Positions 38,996-48,516 of a stretch of 62,724 nucleotides of DNA are shown piece after piece. This DNA comes from a virus (lineage: Duplodnaviria > Caudoviricetes), in IMG/VR virus record IMGVR_UViG_3300037262_000044, positions 1 to 62,724 of that record. One strand, 5' to 3'. The notes below the pieces were generated by a model, which searched no databases, was not told the DNA's origin, and saw only the letters and a program-made list of their open reading frames with translations. Position 1 is the stretch's first letter. Each line of letters begins with the position of its first letter. The translations under genes and the position numbers were made by a program.

Positions 38996-39108
38996 AGGTA
39001 TCCGGCCACAACAGCGACCTCTTCATTCAGAGACGAACGCGGATCGGCGATAAGATACTGCCGGACAGCTTGGGTAACACCGGGCTTTCGGCGGCAAAAG
39101 ACGACAGT

Positions 39109-39345
39109 ATGCAAATACCCGACGAACTGATAGAAAAATGGAAGACGCTCCGCAGTACCGGCGATGATGAGGCCATCGGCAAAAAGCTGAAACGATCGGC
39201 GGCATCTATATCGACGGCAGTGTGGCGGGCCTTCAGGGAAAAGAAGTGCGGTGACCAATTGTTCAAGGCCCTGCGAGACTTTTACGCCAAAAAGGAATCT
39301 GATCTTTTACCAGCAAAAACCCAATCTCATGAACCCAATCTTTGA
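39109..39345 (+). CDS. Small HTH-like protein
   Basis: GDDEAIGKKLKRSAASIS helix-turn-helix-like pattern. Confidence 0.45.
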   Translation: MQIPDELIEKWKTLRSTGDDEAIGKKLKRSAASISTAVWRAFREKKCGDQLFKALRDFYAKKESDLLPAKTQSHEPNL

Positions 39346-39619
39346 ACCACAGGCCCAGGACCTCGCGATGGCGACTTTCCGGGAGGCATTCGATACCCCT
39401 TTGATCCGCTGCCATGTCGTCAAGGACGGCAAGCTGATGCGCTTTCGGTTGAGTTCCGACCGACTCGCGACTCAATACTGGCTGAAGGCGAACCACGTGA
39501 TCGCCCAGCAAGGATTGCCCCTGACCGCCGAAATTGATGAGTGGAAGGTCAGCGGCGTGGTCTTCGATCGGTGGTTGGTCATCGAATTTGACGCCTCAAA
39601 ACTGCCGGTATGCTACTAA
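39329..39619 (+). CDS. Hypothetical protein
   Basis: Operon-packed ORF. Confidence 0.55.
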   Translation: MNPIFEPQAQDLAMATFREAFDTPLIRCHVVKDGKLMRFRLSSDRLATQYWLKANHVIAQQGLPLTAEIDEWKVSGVVFDRWLVIEFDASKLPVCY

Positions 39620-39840
39620 AATCCGTGCCCCTCCACAAATACGAAGTCCGCTTCCTGCTCTCCTGCGTGACCAACCGAGGCCCCTGGGGAGACGCCATCC
39701 GAATGACGCTGAAGAAAGGCCCGAAGGCGGATCTGGATGAGTTGATCGGGCAATTGCGAACGCAGGCGGCTGATCTGCCTGAAATGATGCGGGGGATTCT
39801 GGGGAATGAAGTGTACGAGAAATTGATTGGAACGATATAA
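39610..39840 (+). CDS. Hypothetical protein
   Basis: Operon-packed ORF. Confidence 0.55.
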   Translation: MLLKSVPLHKYEVRFLLSCVTNRGPWGDAIRMTLKKGPKADLDELIGQLRTQAADLPEMMRGILGNEVYEKLIGTI

Positions 39841-39996
39841 AGAAGCGTGTCCGGGTCGCGCCCGACAAGCGAGGGAGGAAATGTAAGTTGATCACTTAAG
39901 TAGTACTCCTTCTCTTTTAACTTTTTAATGGCAGCAATCGTTAAGCCGGGGTGGTTCGCCCATCTCGGCTCTATTTAACTCGAAAAAATCATCACA

Positions 39997-40251
39997 ATGG
40001 ATAATCTCAAATCACCGGCCGCTCCTGTTGTCATAGCTAATGAGGCAAACCGAAAGGATAACGGCCACCAAATGGGCACCTATGAATTTCAGAAATATGG
40101 CTTCACGAAACTCGAATTGGCTTCTCTTGTGATAGCTCAGGGGATGTTGGCTAATTCACCAGATTGGTCGGAAAAAGACACGTCAATAAATTGGGTATCG
40201 ATTAACTCAGTGAAATACGCCAAAGCCGTTCTTGAAGAAGCCAATAAATAA
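39997..40251 (+). CDS. Conserved small phage protein
   Basis: PAAP...GFTKLE......QGMLAN...SVKYAKAVL.E pattern. Confidence 0.65.
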   Translation: MDNLKSPAAPVVIANEANRKDNGHQMGTYEFQKYGFTKLELASLVIAQGMLANSPDWSEKDTSINWVSINSVKYAKAVLEEANK

Positions 40252-40269
40252 CTGCTAAAATCCTAAACC

Positions 40270-40494
40270 ATGTTCTACATCTTCCTTTATATCGCCCTTC
40301 TCGCCCTGGCCCTCCTATTCTGCCGCTGGCTCTTCACTGGTCGCCTCTTTGGGGTATGGTACGCGGTATGCGTTATTTCCGGGGCGTTTCTCGATGTCTT
40401 GTGCCAGGCGTGGATCGATATTTCGGGATTGTGGAAGAGGCGCCGGAAACCCAAGGTTGAGGAATTCGAAGATCATTTTCATCGGGACTGTTGA
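40270..40494 (+). CDS. Small membrane protein
   Basis: Hydrophobic N-terminal half. Confidence 0.55.
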   Translation: MFYIFLYIALLALALLFCRWLFTGRLFGVWYAVCVISGAFLDVLCQAWIDISGLWKRRRKPKVEEFEDHFHRDC

Positions 40495-40576
40495 GATAAA
40501 AAACGGCCGACTCATCACTGCCGGCCGCTCCAATTAAATCAAAAAAGAAAATCACTCAAAAAATAATAATTATGTC

Positions 40577-40876
40577 ATGGCTAAGTTAAGAAGAAAATTT
40601 GAGTTCGGGATGCCCGTTACCAGCAAAGACAAAACTGGGGGCCTTTTCTCTATCCGGAATATCGGGCAGCTGTGGATAACTGCCAAGGCGCTGGTAGACC
40701 CAGAATTAACGCGCCTGCCAGAGGATCAACCCGAAGGGGTCAGTATCGCCATTGAATCCGTCAAGTGGCAGGAGGTGGATATCCTACCCATTATACAACA
40801 GCCGGAATGGAAGGCTATTTTGGCGTCGTTCACGAAGGCTGCTTACAACAATTTACAGTCAATTTTGAGCGAATAA
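40577..40876 (+). CDS. Hypothetical protein
   Basis: ATG after an AT-rich leader. Confidence 0.6.
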   Translation: MAKLRRKFEFGMPVTSKDKTGGLFSIRNIGQLWITAKALVDPELTRLPEDQPEGVSIAIESVKWQEVDILPIIQQPEWKAILASFTKAAYNNLQSILSE

Positions 40877-40957
40877 ATATCGACGGAAACCCTTGTGAAT
40901 ACTAGCTTTTATTCGTAAATTTAATTCCTTTTTCTCCATCAAAATCAATCTAATTTT

Positions 40958-41653
40958 ATGACTTCTTTAAACAATTCCAGCATGAAAACGATAGTCGAAA
41001 CTTTCATTGTTGAGGAAACCCAGGAGCTTATCTATGATAACGAAAAGTTCGATCAGTGGAATGATCTTGTTAATGCCCTTGGTTTAAAAGGACAGACCAA
41101 AATCTGCGCTCCTGAGAAATCCCCTATTCCATTCCTGCCTATGAAAAGGAATATCGAAAATGCCATTGCAACGCTTTGCCCAGTCAAGGTGGGGATTTCC
41201 GATTATGACAAGTCGCCAATCCCTGTCGAAATCCTTTCGCTCGTTTCTCTCTCTTTGAAGGAGGGGCATTTCCAGAAGGTGGAAATCTGGTACGACGATA
41301 AGATGCCGGACCCGGCCTGTATAGGGTTGGTTGGTGAATGGATCTGTTATGATCGGAATTATTCCAGGGTTGCCGTTTTCTTTTCCGAAATCGAAGCGCA
41401 ATCCCTGAAAAAGGCCGATACTTCGGTCTATAATGTTTCATTCAATCCCACGCAGAAGTACCTCATTGGCCGCTGGGGTGATGTGAAGATGAATTTTGCC
41501 GCCCTAATAGAAAAGGCAAAGGAACTTTTCAAAGCCGAAAGGAAGAATGCGATTCTTACCGAAATTAAGGAGGCCCAGCGGAAATTGGAAGATCTGGACA
41601 TAGATGCTGATCGGCAGTTTGGTACGGCGGCGGCCAGCAATCTACCCTTCTGA
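40958..41653 (+). CDS. Conserved phage hypothetical protein
   Basis: LGLKGQ...SPIPF..M, LCP.K, IWYDDK.PDP, YLIGRWG. Confidence 0.7.
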   Translation: MTSLNNSSMKTIVETFIVEETQELIYDNEKFDQWNDLVNALGLKGQTKICAPEKSPIPFLPMKRNIENAIATLCPVKVGISDYDKSPIPVEILSLVSLSLKEGHFQKVEIWYDDKMPDPACIGLVGEWICYDRNYSRVAVFFSEIEAQSLKKADTSVYNVSFNPTQKYLIGRWGDVKMNFAALIEKAKELFKAERKNAILTEIKEAQRKLEDLDIDADRQFGTAAASNLPF

Positions 41654-41683
41654 TTCCCCTTCATCACTCAAAAATCATCACAA

Positions 41684-42430
41684 ATGTCCGATCAATTGCC
41701 TGCTAAACAGCAGAAGTTTCAACTCCCCAAATTACAGGATCTTTACGAACAGCAGGAAATCGAACTGCTTTCGAAGTTCAATGACTTCAATAAGCTGCTG
41801 AATGCCCCTCCCAAAAAGGAATGGCTTTTCCCTCACCCAACGGCGACCAAAGAAATCATGAACGCCCAGGGCGGCAAAGAGAAGATCCCTGTAGAATACA
41901 TTCCCATAGGCATTATAGAATATCTTCTGACCTCCCTTTTTATCAAATGGAAGCCAGAGATCCTGAAATCGGAGGTCATGGCCAATTCCATTGTGCTGAC
42001 CGTCCGCGTTCATGTGCTCAATCCGGTGACGATGGAGTGGGAATGGGCTGATGGGATTGGCGCAGCTCCCATTCGCACCAACAAAGGAGCGGCCGCAACG
42101 GATTTCTCGCAGGTGCAAAGTTCGGCGGTTCAAACTGGTGCTCCTGCAGCCAAAAGTTTTGCCATCAAAGATGCCTGCGAATGCTTTGGAAAAATTTTCG
42201 GTAAGGACCTGAACAGGAATATCGAAATGGATTACCAGGCCATGCAGGAAGCAAAGTTCAAAGAACTCCCACCGAAGGATATCCCTGTCGAACTCGCTGT
42301 GGTGATATCCGAAGCCGATGCCGATGGTCTTGATGCCGTTATCAACAGTAACCCGGAATACCACGCTTTGCCGGCCTTCACCAATGCGATTCTAAACCGC
42401 CGTGCTTTACTCAAAAAATTCAGCGCCTAA
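41684..42430 (+). CDS. Rad52/Sak-family single-strand annealing protein
   Basis: YIPI..IE..L..LF, DGIGA, A.S.A.KDA...FG..FG.DLNR. Confidence 0.75.
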   Translation: MSDQLPAKQQKFQLPKLQDLYEQQEIELLSKFNDFNKLLNAPPKKEWLFPHPTATKEIMNAQGGKEKIPVEYIPIGIIEYLLTSLFIKWKPEILKSEVMANSIVLTVRVHVLNPVTMEWEWADGIGAAPIRTNKGAAATDFSQVQSSAVQTGAPAAKSFAIKDACECFGKIFGKDLNRNIEMDYQAMQEAKFKELPPKDIPVELAVVISEADADGLDAVINSNPEYHALPAFTNAILNRRALLKKFSA

Positions 42431-43344
42431 TGGAAACAGCAGAAGAATTAAAGCCCGGCGTTGAGCCCATGCCTTCGCGGGTGGATTTAATGATCCCTAT
42501 TATCAAAAAGATAATGAGCGGCGAAATGAGGTTGTCTTATACTGCGCTGAGCAATTTCATGGATAGTCCCAAGGATTTCGCCGATTATAAGCTCCAAAAA
42601 AAGGAACCGACTCCGGCGATGATCTACGGCGGAATGCTGCACTGTCTTATCCTTGAACCGGGAAAGTTCGATGAACGATATTTTGCTTTCGATGATTCCG
42701 ATAAGGTTGAGGAACTGAGGCAGGGAGGTTCGAAGAACCCGCGGGCGACCAAAGCCTATAAAGAATGGCGATTCATAGCTTGTGGTCAGGCCGGAGACCG
42801 GACGATCGTTTCGCCAAAAGAGCATGCGCACGCCAAAATAGTGGCCTTAAATGTGATTCACAATCGGGCCTCCGCCAGGATCATGCGCGCTTGCCCAAAA
42901 CGTGAGACGCCTATCGACTGGGAGTGGTTCAATTTTTTCTTTCACGGCGTTATCGATCTTTTAGGAGACGAAGATATGGCTGACGTTAAGAGCATGCCGG
43001 ATGCCCAGCAGGATAAAGTGCAGCGCGAGATATGGTATCGAAAACTCTACCTTCAGGCTGTTATTTACCTGACTGGCCTGAAAATCATTGAAGAACTTGC
43101 CGGACTCCCTTGGAAACAGCGGAAATATCATATCATTGCCGTCGATAAGTTGGGCGGTATTAGCGTTCACACGCTCAATGAGCGGCTTTTAAAGCATGGG
43201 ATCCAGGAGATGGAATATTACATGAAACGGTTCAATTACGCCATCCTAACCGAAGCCTGGGACCAATCATACGACTTTTGGAGCGATCAATGGACGGGGC
43301 TATTCATGTGCGACAAAGCTGGTTGGATGTATGACAAAGATTGA
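42430..43344 (+). CDS. PD-(D/E)XK exonuclease (RecE/DUF3799-like)
   Basis: LSYTAL, AMIYG...HC.ILEP, G.IDL...ADVKS, Y.LQA..Y. Confidence 0.82.
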   Translation: METAEELKPGVEPMPSRVDLMIPIIKKIMSGEMRLSYTALSNFMDSPKDFADYKLQKKEPTPAMIYGGMLHCLILEPGKFDERYFAFDDSDKVEELRQGGSKNPRATKAYKEWRFIACGQAGDRTIVSPKEHAHAKIVALNVIHNRASARIMRACPKRETPIDWEWFNFFFHGVIDLLGDEDMADVKSMPDAQQDKVQREIWYRKLYLQAVIYLTGLKIIEELAGLPWKQRKYHIIAVDKLGGISVHTLNERLLKHGIQEMEYYMKRFNYAILTEAWDQSYDFWSDQWTGLFMCDKAGWMYDKD

Positions 43345-43759
43345 GGCATACGGAAAAGTAGAGGGGGGCCGCATGACGCTCCATAATCGGAAACGCTTCG
43401 AGCAGGAGCTTATGACGGTGAAGGACTGCGAGATAATCCTAACGATCAAAAAGCGGGGGCTGCGATCGAACCAGCAAAACCGATATCTCTTTGGGGTCGT
43501 CTACGCCGAGTGCAGGCACGCCTTCCTTGACCTCGGCTACCGCATGACGGCTGATCAATGCCATAACTTTTTCAAGCGAATGTTCCTGCCTGAAAACATC
43601 GTAGATAAGGATGGAACGGTGATCGGGGAATGGGAGGGGAGCAGCGCCGAATTGAACAAAGAGGAATTTTCGCAGTATATTGAAAGCATCCGGGCGTTCG
43701 CCGCTGAGAATCTTTCGATCGACATTCCTGATGCGGACAAATCGTTATCAATTTTTTAA
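43331..43759 (+). CDS. NinB-like recombination protein
   Basis: RSNQQNRYL.G, SSAELNKEEFSQYIE.I. Confidence 0.75.
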   Translation: MTKIEAYGKVEGGRMTLHNRKRFEQELMTVKDCEIILTIKKRGLRSNQQNRYLFGVVYAECRHAFLDLGYRMTADQCHNFFKRMFLPENIVDKDGTVIGEWEGSSAELNKEEFSQYIESIRAFAAENLSIDIPDADKSLSIF

Positions 43760-43777
43760 ACAATCAACCGCTATAAA

Positions 43778-44371
43778 ATGAAAAAAATATTTGACAGTTA
43801 TTCCGACTTCCTTCAACGCCAGGATAAAGTTGACGAAGAATGGGTCTCGGTGATCGGCTTTGAAGGTCTTTATGAGGTATCGGATATGGGGGAAATAAAG
43901 TCACTCGGTAGGGTGAATATCTACGGGCGCCTCCTTGCCCCTAGGATTTTGCGCAGCCGGAACCTAAAAGAATATCGTTCCGTAACATTATATTTCAGGG
44001 ATGGAAGCAGATCGCAAAGACTTGTTCATCGAATTGTTGGGGTTGCATTTCTGGAAAATCCGTTTAATAAACCTTATGTCAATCATTTGAATGGTAAAAA
44101 ATGGGACAATAGAAAAGTAAATATAGCTTGGTCCACGCAAAAGGAAAATATGGTTCATGCATCAGAAATAGGTCTTTTGGCGGATCAACAGGGCTCAAAT
44201 AATAGTAACTGCAAATTAACGGCTGTTGACGCCATTGCCATAAAAAACAGCGTCTTAAGATCTGATGATCTTGCGGCCAGATATAATATTTCTGTCGGAC
44301 ATGTAAAAGATATTAGGGGTGGTAGGAAGTGGAAATGTGCTGAGGAAGAAGCAGCAATTGTGAAAGAATAG
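43778..44371 (+). CDS. NUMOD4-HNH homing endonuclease
   Basis: WVSVIGFEGLYEVSD.G.IKS, VHRIV...F, VNHLNGKKWDN. Confidence 0.9.
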   Translation: MKKIFDSYSDFLQRQDKVDEEWVSVIGFEGLYEVSDMGEIKSLGRVNIYGRLLAPRILRSRNLKEYRSVTLYFRDGSRSQRLVHRIVGVAFLENPFNKPYVNHLNGKKWDNRKVNIAWSTQKENMVHASEIGLLADQQGSNNSNCKLTAVDAIAIKNSVLRSDDLAARYNISVGHVKDIRGGRKWKCAEEEAAIVKE

Positions 44372-44448
44372 TTTGATAAGGTCTAATGGTTAAAGCCGGG
44401 GTGTTCTCGCCCTGGCTCTTATAAACGGTAAACGGTTGAAAATAACCA

Positions 44449-44808
44449 ATGGTCAAAAGCGAAAATAAGAAAAAGCTCGAAAAGCCTTTCCGGTCAACAC
44501 ACAACCTCCCTTTCGAGGTCGGAGAGCCCTTCCGTTGGGATCCGACATATACAAACTTCCGGGTAGGTACAGTGACGGGATTATGGAAAACGGAAGACAG
44601 ATCTTATGTTATTTTGGCTATCTTGAACCACCAACCGGGGAACCATCATTTAGACGATATGTTTGAATGGTTCGAGAACAGCGCCAGGCGAGACGGCTAC
44701 AGTTTTAAAATCATAGAGATCCTTGAAAAACGCTTCATGGATCACCTTATTAACAAACGGGGGTTCAAGGAATTAACCAGCAATAGCGTTGTAAAATTGT
44801 TCACCTAA
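44449..44808 (+). CDS. Hypothetical protein (possibly GNAT-like)
   Basis: ILAILNHQPGNH...HLINKRGF. Confidence 0.5.
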   Translation: MVKSENKKKLEKPFRSTHNLPFEVGEPFRWDPTYTNFRVGTVTGLWKTEDRSYVILAILNHQPGNHHLDDMFEWFENSARRDGYSFKIIEILEKRFMDHLINKRGFKELTSNSVVKLFT

Positions 44809-44818
44809 TATATCACTT

Positions 44819-44989
44819 ATGAAAGGATTATCACTGCTCGCGGCTGCTGCTGTTTTGGCGCAGCCCATTGCCTCCGCTCCTGCACGCATTCCGCCTTGTC
44901 TTAAAAGCATCATGCCCAAAAAGGATTGGAATCGCCGGCAAGCACGAAATAAAATGGCGAAGGCTTCGCGTAAAAGGAACCGGGCGTAA
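44819..44989 (+). CDS. Small basic protein
   Basis: MKGLSLLAAAAV...KMAKASRKRNRA. Confidence 0.5.
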   Translation: MKGLSLLAAAAVLAQPIASAPARIPPCLKSIMPKKDWNRRQARNKMAKASRKRNRA

Positions 44990-45017
44990 TTACTAACTTT
45001 CATCTAAAATAATCAAT

Positions 45018-45686
45018 ATGACTAAAGAACAGGAGCAATACGAGGTGCGTTCGGTAAAGCTCAAAAAAAAGGACAAGGATGAATTCACTCCCGAGATCGT
45101 CCTTTGGGATCCCGTTCGCAAACGCAACGAGAAATTCGAGAATTGCAGCAATCTGGTTCATAAGGATTTTCTGAAGGCTGTCACCCGGTTGGCCGACCAC
45201 ATGGTTATTCTTTGGAATGCCGATGCGGTGGACAACTTCGAACGATCCGAAGTGACGCAGCAATTCGAAGCCAGAGGCTATTCCCTGAGCGGCAGGGATG
45301 AAGAATTGAAAATCACGCTGAAAGGCCACCGGCTGACCGCTTTCGCAGGGGCCATGACTTCAAACGCCACTATCCTCCTGGACCAGGACATGGACGAAGA
45401 AGGCGCCTATCCTTACTGCCAGGATCTTCAGGGCAAGATCAAAGTCATAGAGTCTGAAGTGCTTGCCTATTGCTTCGAAGGGCGTTGTTATGAAAATCCT
45501 CAATTGTCCCTGAACATGCCAGAACCCGAGGACCCCAAAAATAAAGTGACCAAAGCCAAGATAGCCGAACCGACCACCCCGGAATCAGTCGTCAAGGATA
45601 TCGTGGACGCGGCCAACGGAAAAGGGAAGGGCGGACGGAAAAAGGTACCTCAGAGTCAGCAACATCCGTCGGGGGAAGCAGAATGA
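45018..45686 (+). CDS. Hypothetical protein
   Basis: 222-aa ORF with an AT-rich leader. Confidence 0.7.
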   Translation: MTKEQEQYEVRSVKLKKKDKDEFTPEIVLWDPVRKRNEKFENCSNLVHKDFLKAVTRLADHMVILWNADAVDNFERSEVTQQFEARGYSLSGRDEELKITLKGHRLTAFAGAMTSNATILLDQDMDEEGAYPYCQDLQGKIKVIESEVLAYCFEGRCYENPQLSLNMPEPEDPKNKVTKAKIAEPTTPESVVKDIVDAANGKGKGGRKKVPQSQQHPSGEAE

Positions 45687-46252
45687 TCAGCGCCCTGTAC
45701 GTCCGAAAGGATTCGATCTACAAGACCCTTGGTGTCGATTGTTGGGACGCTGACCGGGATGCTCGGAACTGGCCAGGCGGCAACCCGGTGATTGCTCACC
45801 CGCCTTGCAGGGCATGGGGCCAATTGTCTCACATGGCCAAACCCCGGGCCGACGAAAAAGACGTGGCTTTGCGGGCGGTTACGGAGGTACGGAGGTACGG
45901 AGGTATTTTGGAGCATCCTGCGACTTCGAAGCTCTGGGCGGCAGCTGGATTGCCAAAGCCCGGAAAGGTGGATAATTTCGGAGGATATACAATTTGTGTC
46001 AATCAGTCCTGGTTCGGCCATAAGGCTTTGAAAAAGACCTTTTTGTATATTGTCGGGTGCCCTCATTGGCATTTACCTCCTATTCCGATAAAATTCGACG
46101 CAATCGAATATACAATCTCCTCTAAAATTAAGAAGAAAAGCGGAAGGCGGGTAAAGCGGGAGGTGACTAAAATTGAGCGCGAGGAAACACCCCCCGACCT
46201 GGCAAGATGGCTGATTGCCGTGGCGGAAAAATGCAATAACCGATCAACCTGA
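45683..46252 (+). CDS. Minimal C5-cytosine methyltransferase-like protein
   Basis: AHPPC (motif IV), LEHP (VI), Q..FGH...K.T (VIII). Confidence 0.7.
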   Translation: MISALYVRKDSIYKTLGVDCWDADRDARNWPGGNPVIAHPPCRAWGQLSHMAKPRADEKDVALRAVTEVRRYGGILEHPATSKLWAAAGLPKPGKVDNFGGYTICVNQSWFGHKALKKTFLYIVGCPHWHLPPIPIKFDAIEYTISSKIKKKSGRRVKREVTKIEREETPPDLARWLIAVAEKCNNRST

Positions 46253-46286
46253 GGGATTAAAGAATGAGCAAAAAAATCGAACAAAA

Positions 46287-46886
46287 ATGAGCGGACTAAA
46301 GAAAGGCGGCTTTTTCCCTGCTGATGAGGAATCTGCAAAAACATCAGAAGGCGAGAAATGGCTCACGGATTTTCAGACACCGGTACCGGTCTGCAACTAC
46401 ATGGCCGAAATGATCCCATTTGGCGCGAGAACGATTTTAGAGCCTACCGCAGGCCTCTGGAATCTGGTGAGGGCTATCCCGCCGGAATATCACGTAACGG
46501 CCCCTGCGGACTTCTTTGCCATGCCTCCGGGAAGATTTGACTGCGTGCTGACCAATCCGCCCTTTTCCAGCCGGTACGCCTTCGGGGTGCCTCCTGAGCT
46601 GAATAAATACGGCATGCGACTTGGATATCACATCCTGCAGGAGTGCATGAAGATGAGCGACGATGTGATCGCCCTGATGCCCTGGTTTACCATCAGCGAT
46701 AGCGATGTGAGACTACGCGCCCTGAAACGGTGGGGATTGCTCACGGTCACGGCCTTACCGCGGGCGACTTTTCAATACGCCAGGATCCAGACGGTGATCC
46801 TGCAGCTACGGAAGGGCTTTGACGGGGATACTATCTTTCGGGTGTTCGATTTGCGGAATGATCATAAAAAACAGTCGCTTTTTTGA
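46287..46886 (+). CDS. N6-adenine DNA methyltransferase
   Basis: FQTP, ILEPTAG, DF, LTNPPF. Confidence 0.8.
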   Translation: MSGLKKGGFFPADEESAKTSEGEKWLTDFQTPVPVCNYMAEMIPFGARTILEPTAGLWNLVRAIPPEYHVTAPADFFAMPPGRFDCVLTNPPFSSRYAFGVPPELNKYGMRLGYHILQECMKMSDDVIALMPWFTISDSDVRLRALKRWGLLTVTALPRATFQYARIQTVILQLRKGFDGDTIFRVFDLRNDHKKQSLF

Positions 46887-46986
46887 TGAAAGTCAACAGT
46901 CGCGGTCCTCCGGGAGAGATCCGGCCGGGATAGGCATACGGTGATCCCCGTTCCCGGCCAAATTTTTGTAAAAAGTTCTTTGGAAA

Positions 46987-47018
46987 TTGTTTAATTGGAA
47001 AAGGCTTTCGTACATTTG
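46987..47018 (+). promoter_or_regulatory. Bacteroidota-type promoter of the replication operon
   Basis: TTG at 46987 and TACATTTG at 47011-47018. Confidence 0.65.
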
Positions 47019-47034
47019 AAATCACATAGCGCGG

Positions 47035-47125
47035 TCCATTAATATCGGTGAGGGTAATAATGGATTTTATCTTTCAAAGGACAACCTTTCAAAGAGCCGT
47101 TCCTCTCACCAGGGCGGCTTTTTTT
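47035..47125 (+). promoter_or_regulatory. Two-hairpin leader ending in an intrinsic terminator (attenuator-like)
   Basis: Hairpin 47035-47064; terminator AGCCGTTCCT-CTCACC-AGGGCGGCT plus T tract. Confidence 0.65.
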
Positions 47126-47144
47126 ATGTCCAAAATCGAAATTA

Positions 47145-47960
47145 ATGGCTAAAGACCCGGCTTTCCTTTTTTACCCTAACGACTGGCATGGCGGCACAAT
47201 GTATTTTACCCATGAGCAAAAAGGGGCTTATATAGATCTTCTGATCCTCCAATTCAATTCTGGCAAATTCACCTTAGCACAAGCTAAGCAAGTGCTGAGC
47301 ATATGCTTTGCACAAGTTTGGCCGATTTTGAAACCGAAGTTTAAAACAGAGGATAATCTTTTTTGGAATGAACGATTGCTTAATGAAATGCAAAAACGAT
47401 CAAAGTATTCAGAATCACGCCGTAATAACGCTTTAATGGGTAAAAAAGACCCTAAAAACGGCCCAGCATATGCTGGCGCTATGCCAGCGCATATGGAAGA
47501 TGAAAATGAAAATAGAAATACAGATGTAAATAAAACTGGAAATAGAAAGCCGCGCGCGAAGAAAAAGGCTGAGGAAATGGGAATTTGGGAATTGTGCGTA
47601 AAAACTTGGTTCGACTTCTACGAAAGTAAGTTCAAAGAAAAACCCTCCTTTGCCGGCCGCGATCCCGCTTCTATGAAAAAGCTCCTGGAATTGGTCAGCC
47701 AGCGGGTAATTGGGAAAAACTTCGAGTGGACGGCCATAACCTGCTCTGATCATTTCCTGAAGTTTCTGCAACGAGCCTACGCTGATCCTTGGCTATCGCA
47801 AAACTTTCTCTTACAAAACCTTTGTTCTCAGTTCGATAAAATCATCGTCAATGGAAAAAATGGAAAGATCAACGGAAAGGAACCTACCGGCGGAAACGTG
47901 GACGTTGCATCCGCATTCGAAAAAATTGATCGGATGTTTAGTAAAACTGGAAATTCCTGA
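47145..47960 (+). CDS. Replication initiator (YdaU/DUF1376-like N-terminus)
   Basis: KDPAFLFYPNDW..GT...T.EQKGAYIDLL, N.RL..E..KR. Confidence 0.8.
   Translation: MAKDPAFLFYPNDWHGGTMYFTHEQKGAYIDLLILQFNSGKFTLAQAKQVLSICFAQVWPILKPKFKTEDNLFWNERLLNEMQKRSKYSESRRNNALMGKKDPKNGPAYAGAMPAHMEDENENRNTDVNKTGNRKPRAKKKAEEMGIWELCVKTWFDFYESKFKEKPSFAGRDPASMKKLLELVSQRVIGKNFEWTAITCSDHFLKFLQRAYADPWLSQNFLLQNLCSQFDKIIVNGKNGKINGKEPTGGNVDVASAFEKIDRMFSKTGNS
47275..47549. repeat. 11-bp iteron-like repeats plus an A-rich tract (candidate origin)
   Basis: Four units at 47275-47318, three at 47464-47496, then an A-rich stretch. Confidence 0.5.
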
Positions 47961-48516
47961 CCTTAAAACAGACGGGAAGCTCGAGCTAATGAGCATCACC
48001 GGCGATCTCATGCCGGGTGGCGTGCCTTTCTTTCCCATAATTCGCACATTTCCGCCAATTGCCGAGCTTCTTATCCACAACGCCCCGGGTATCAGCAAAG
48101 CGGTTTTTCTACTCGTCAGGGACTTTTGCGCCTCCCTCAATGTGGTCAGGAATATGAATGAGGATCAGATGATTGAAGCATCTGGACTTCTTATCCAGGA
48201 GTGCAGGAACCTACGGTTGGAAGATTATGTTATCATGTTTTCTATGGCCAAACGGGGTGAATTGGTGGACATCCACGACCGTGTGGATCTTCAAATAATT
48301 ACCAGGATAGCGGACACCTATTGGAGTGTGCGACATTTGGAGGGGCAAAAGGAGCGTGATAAAGATTTCCACGAGACTTTGTACATCGGACCGTCAGAAC
48401 GTGCGCAAGAAAGCCTTAATCCTCAGCAGTTGCAGTTGATGGACAAGGCAGATAATCTGAATGGGGCAATCGGCGACCTTAAAAATACATTCAAAGCATG
48501 GAGGGATGAAAATTGA
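47851..48516 (+). CDS. Replication-associated hypothetical protein
   Basis: Overlaps the initiator 3' end; helical. Confidence 0.6.
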   Translation: MEKMERSTERNLPAETWTLHPHSKKLIGCLVKLEIPDLKTDGKLELMSITGDLMPGGVPFFPIIRTFPPIAELLIHNAPGISKAVFLLVRDFCASLNVVRNMNEDQMIEASGLLIQECRNLRLEDYVIMFSMAKRGELVDIHDRVDLQIITRIADTYWSVRHLEGQKERDKDFHETLYIGPSERAQESLNPQQLQLMDKADNLNGAIGDLKNTFKAWRDEN

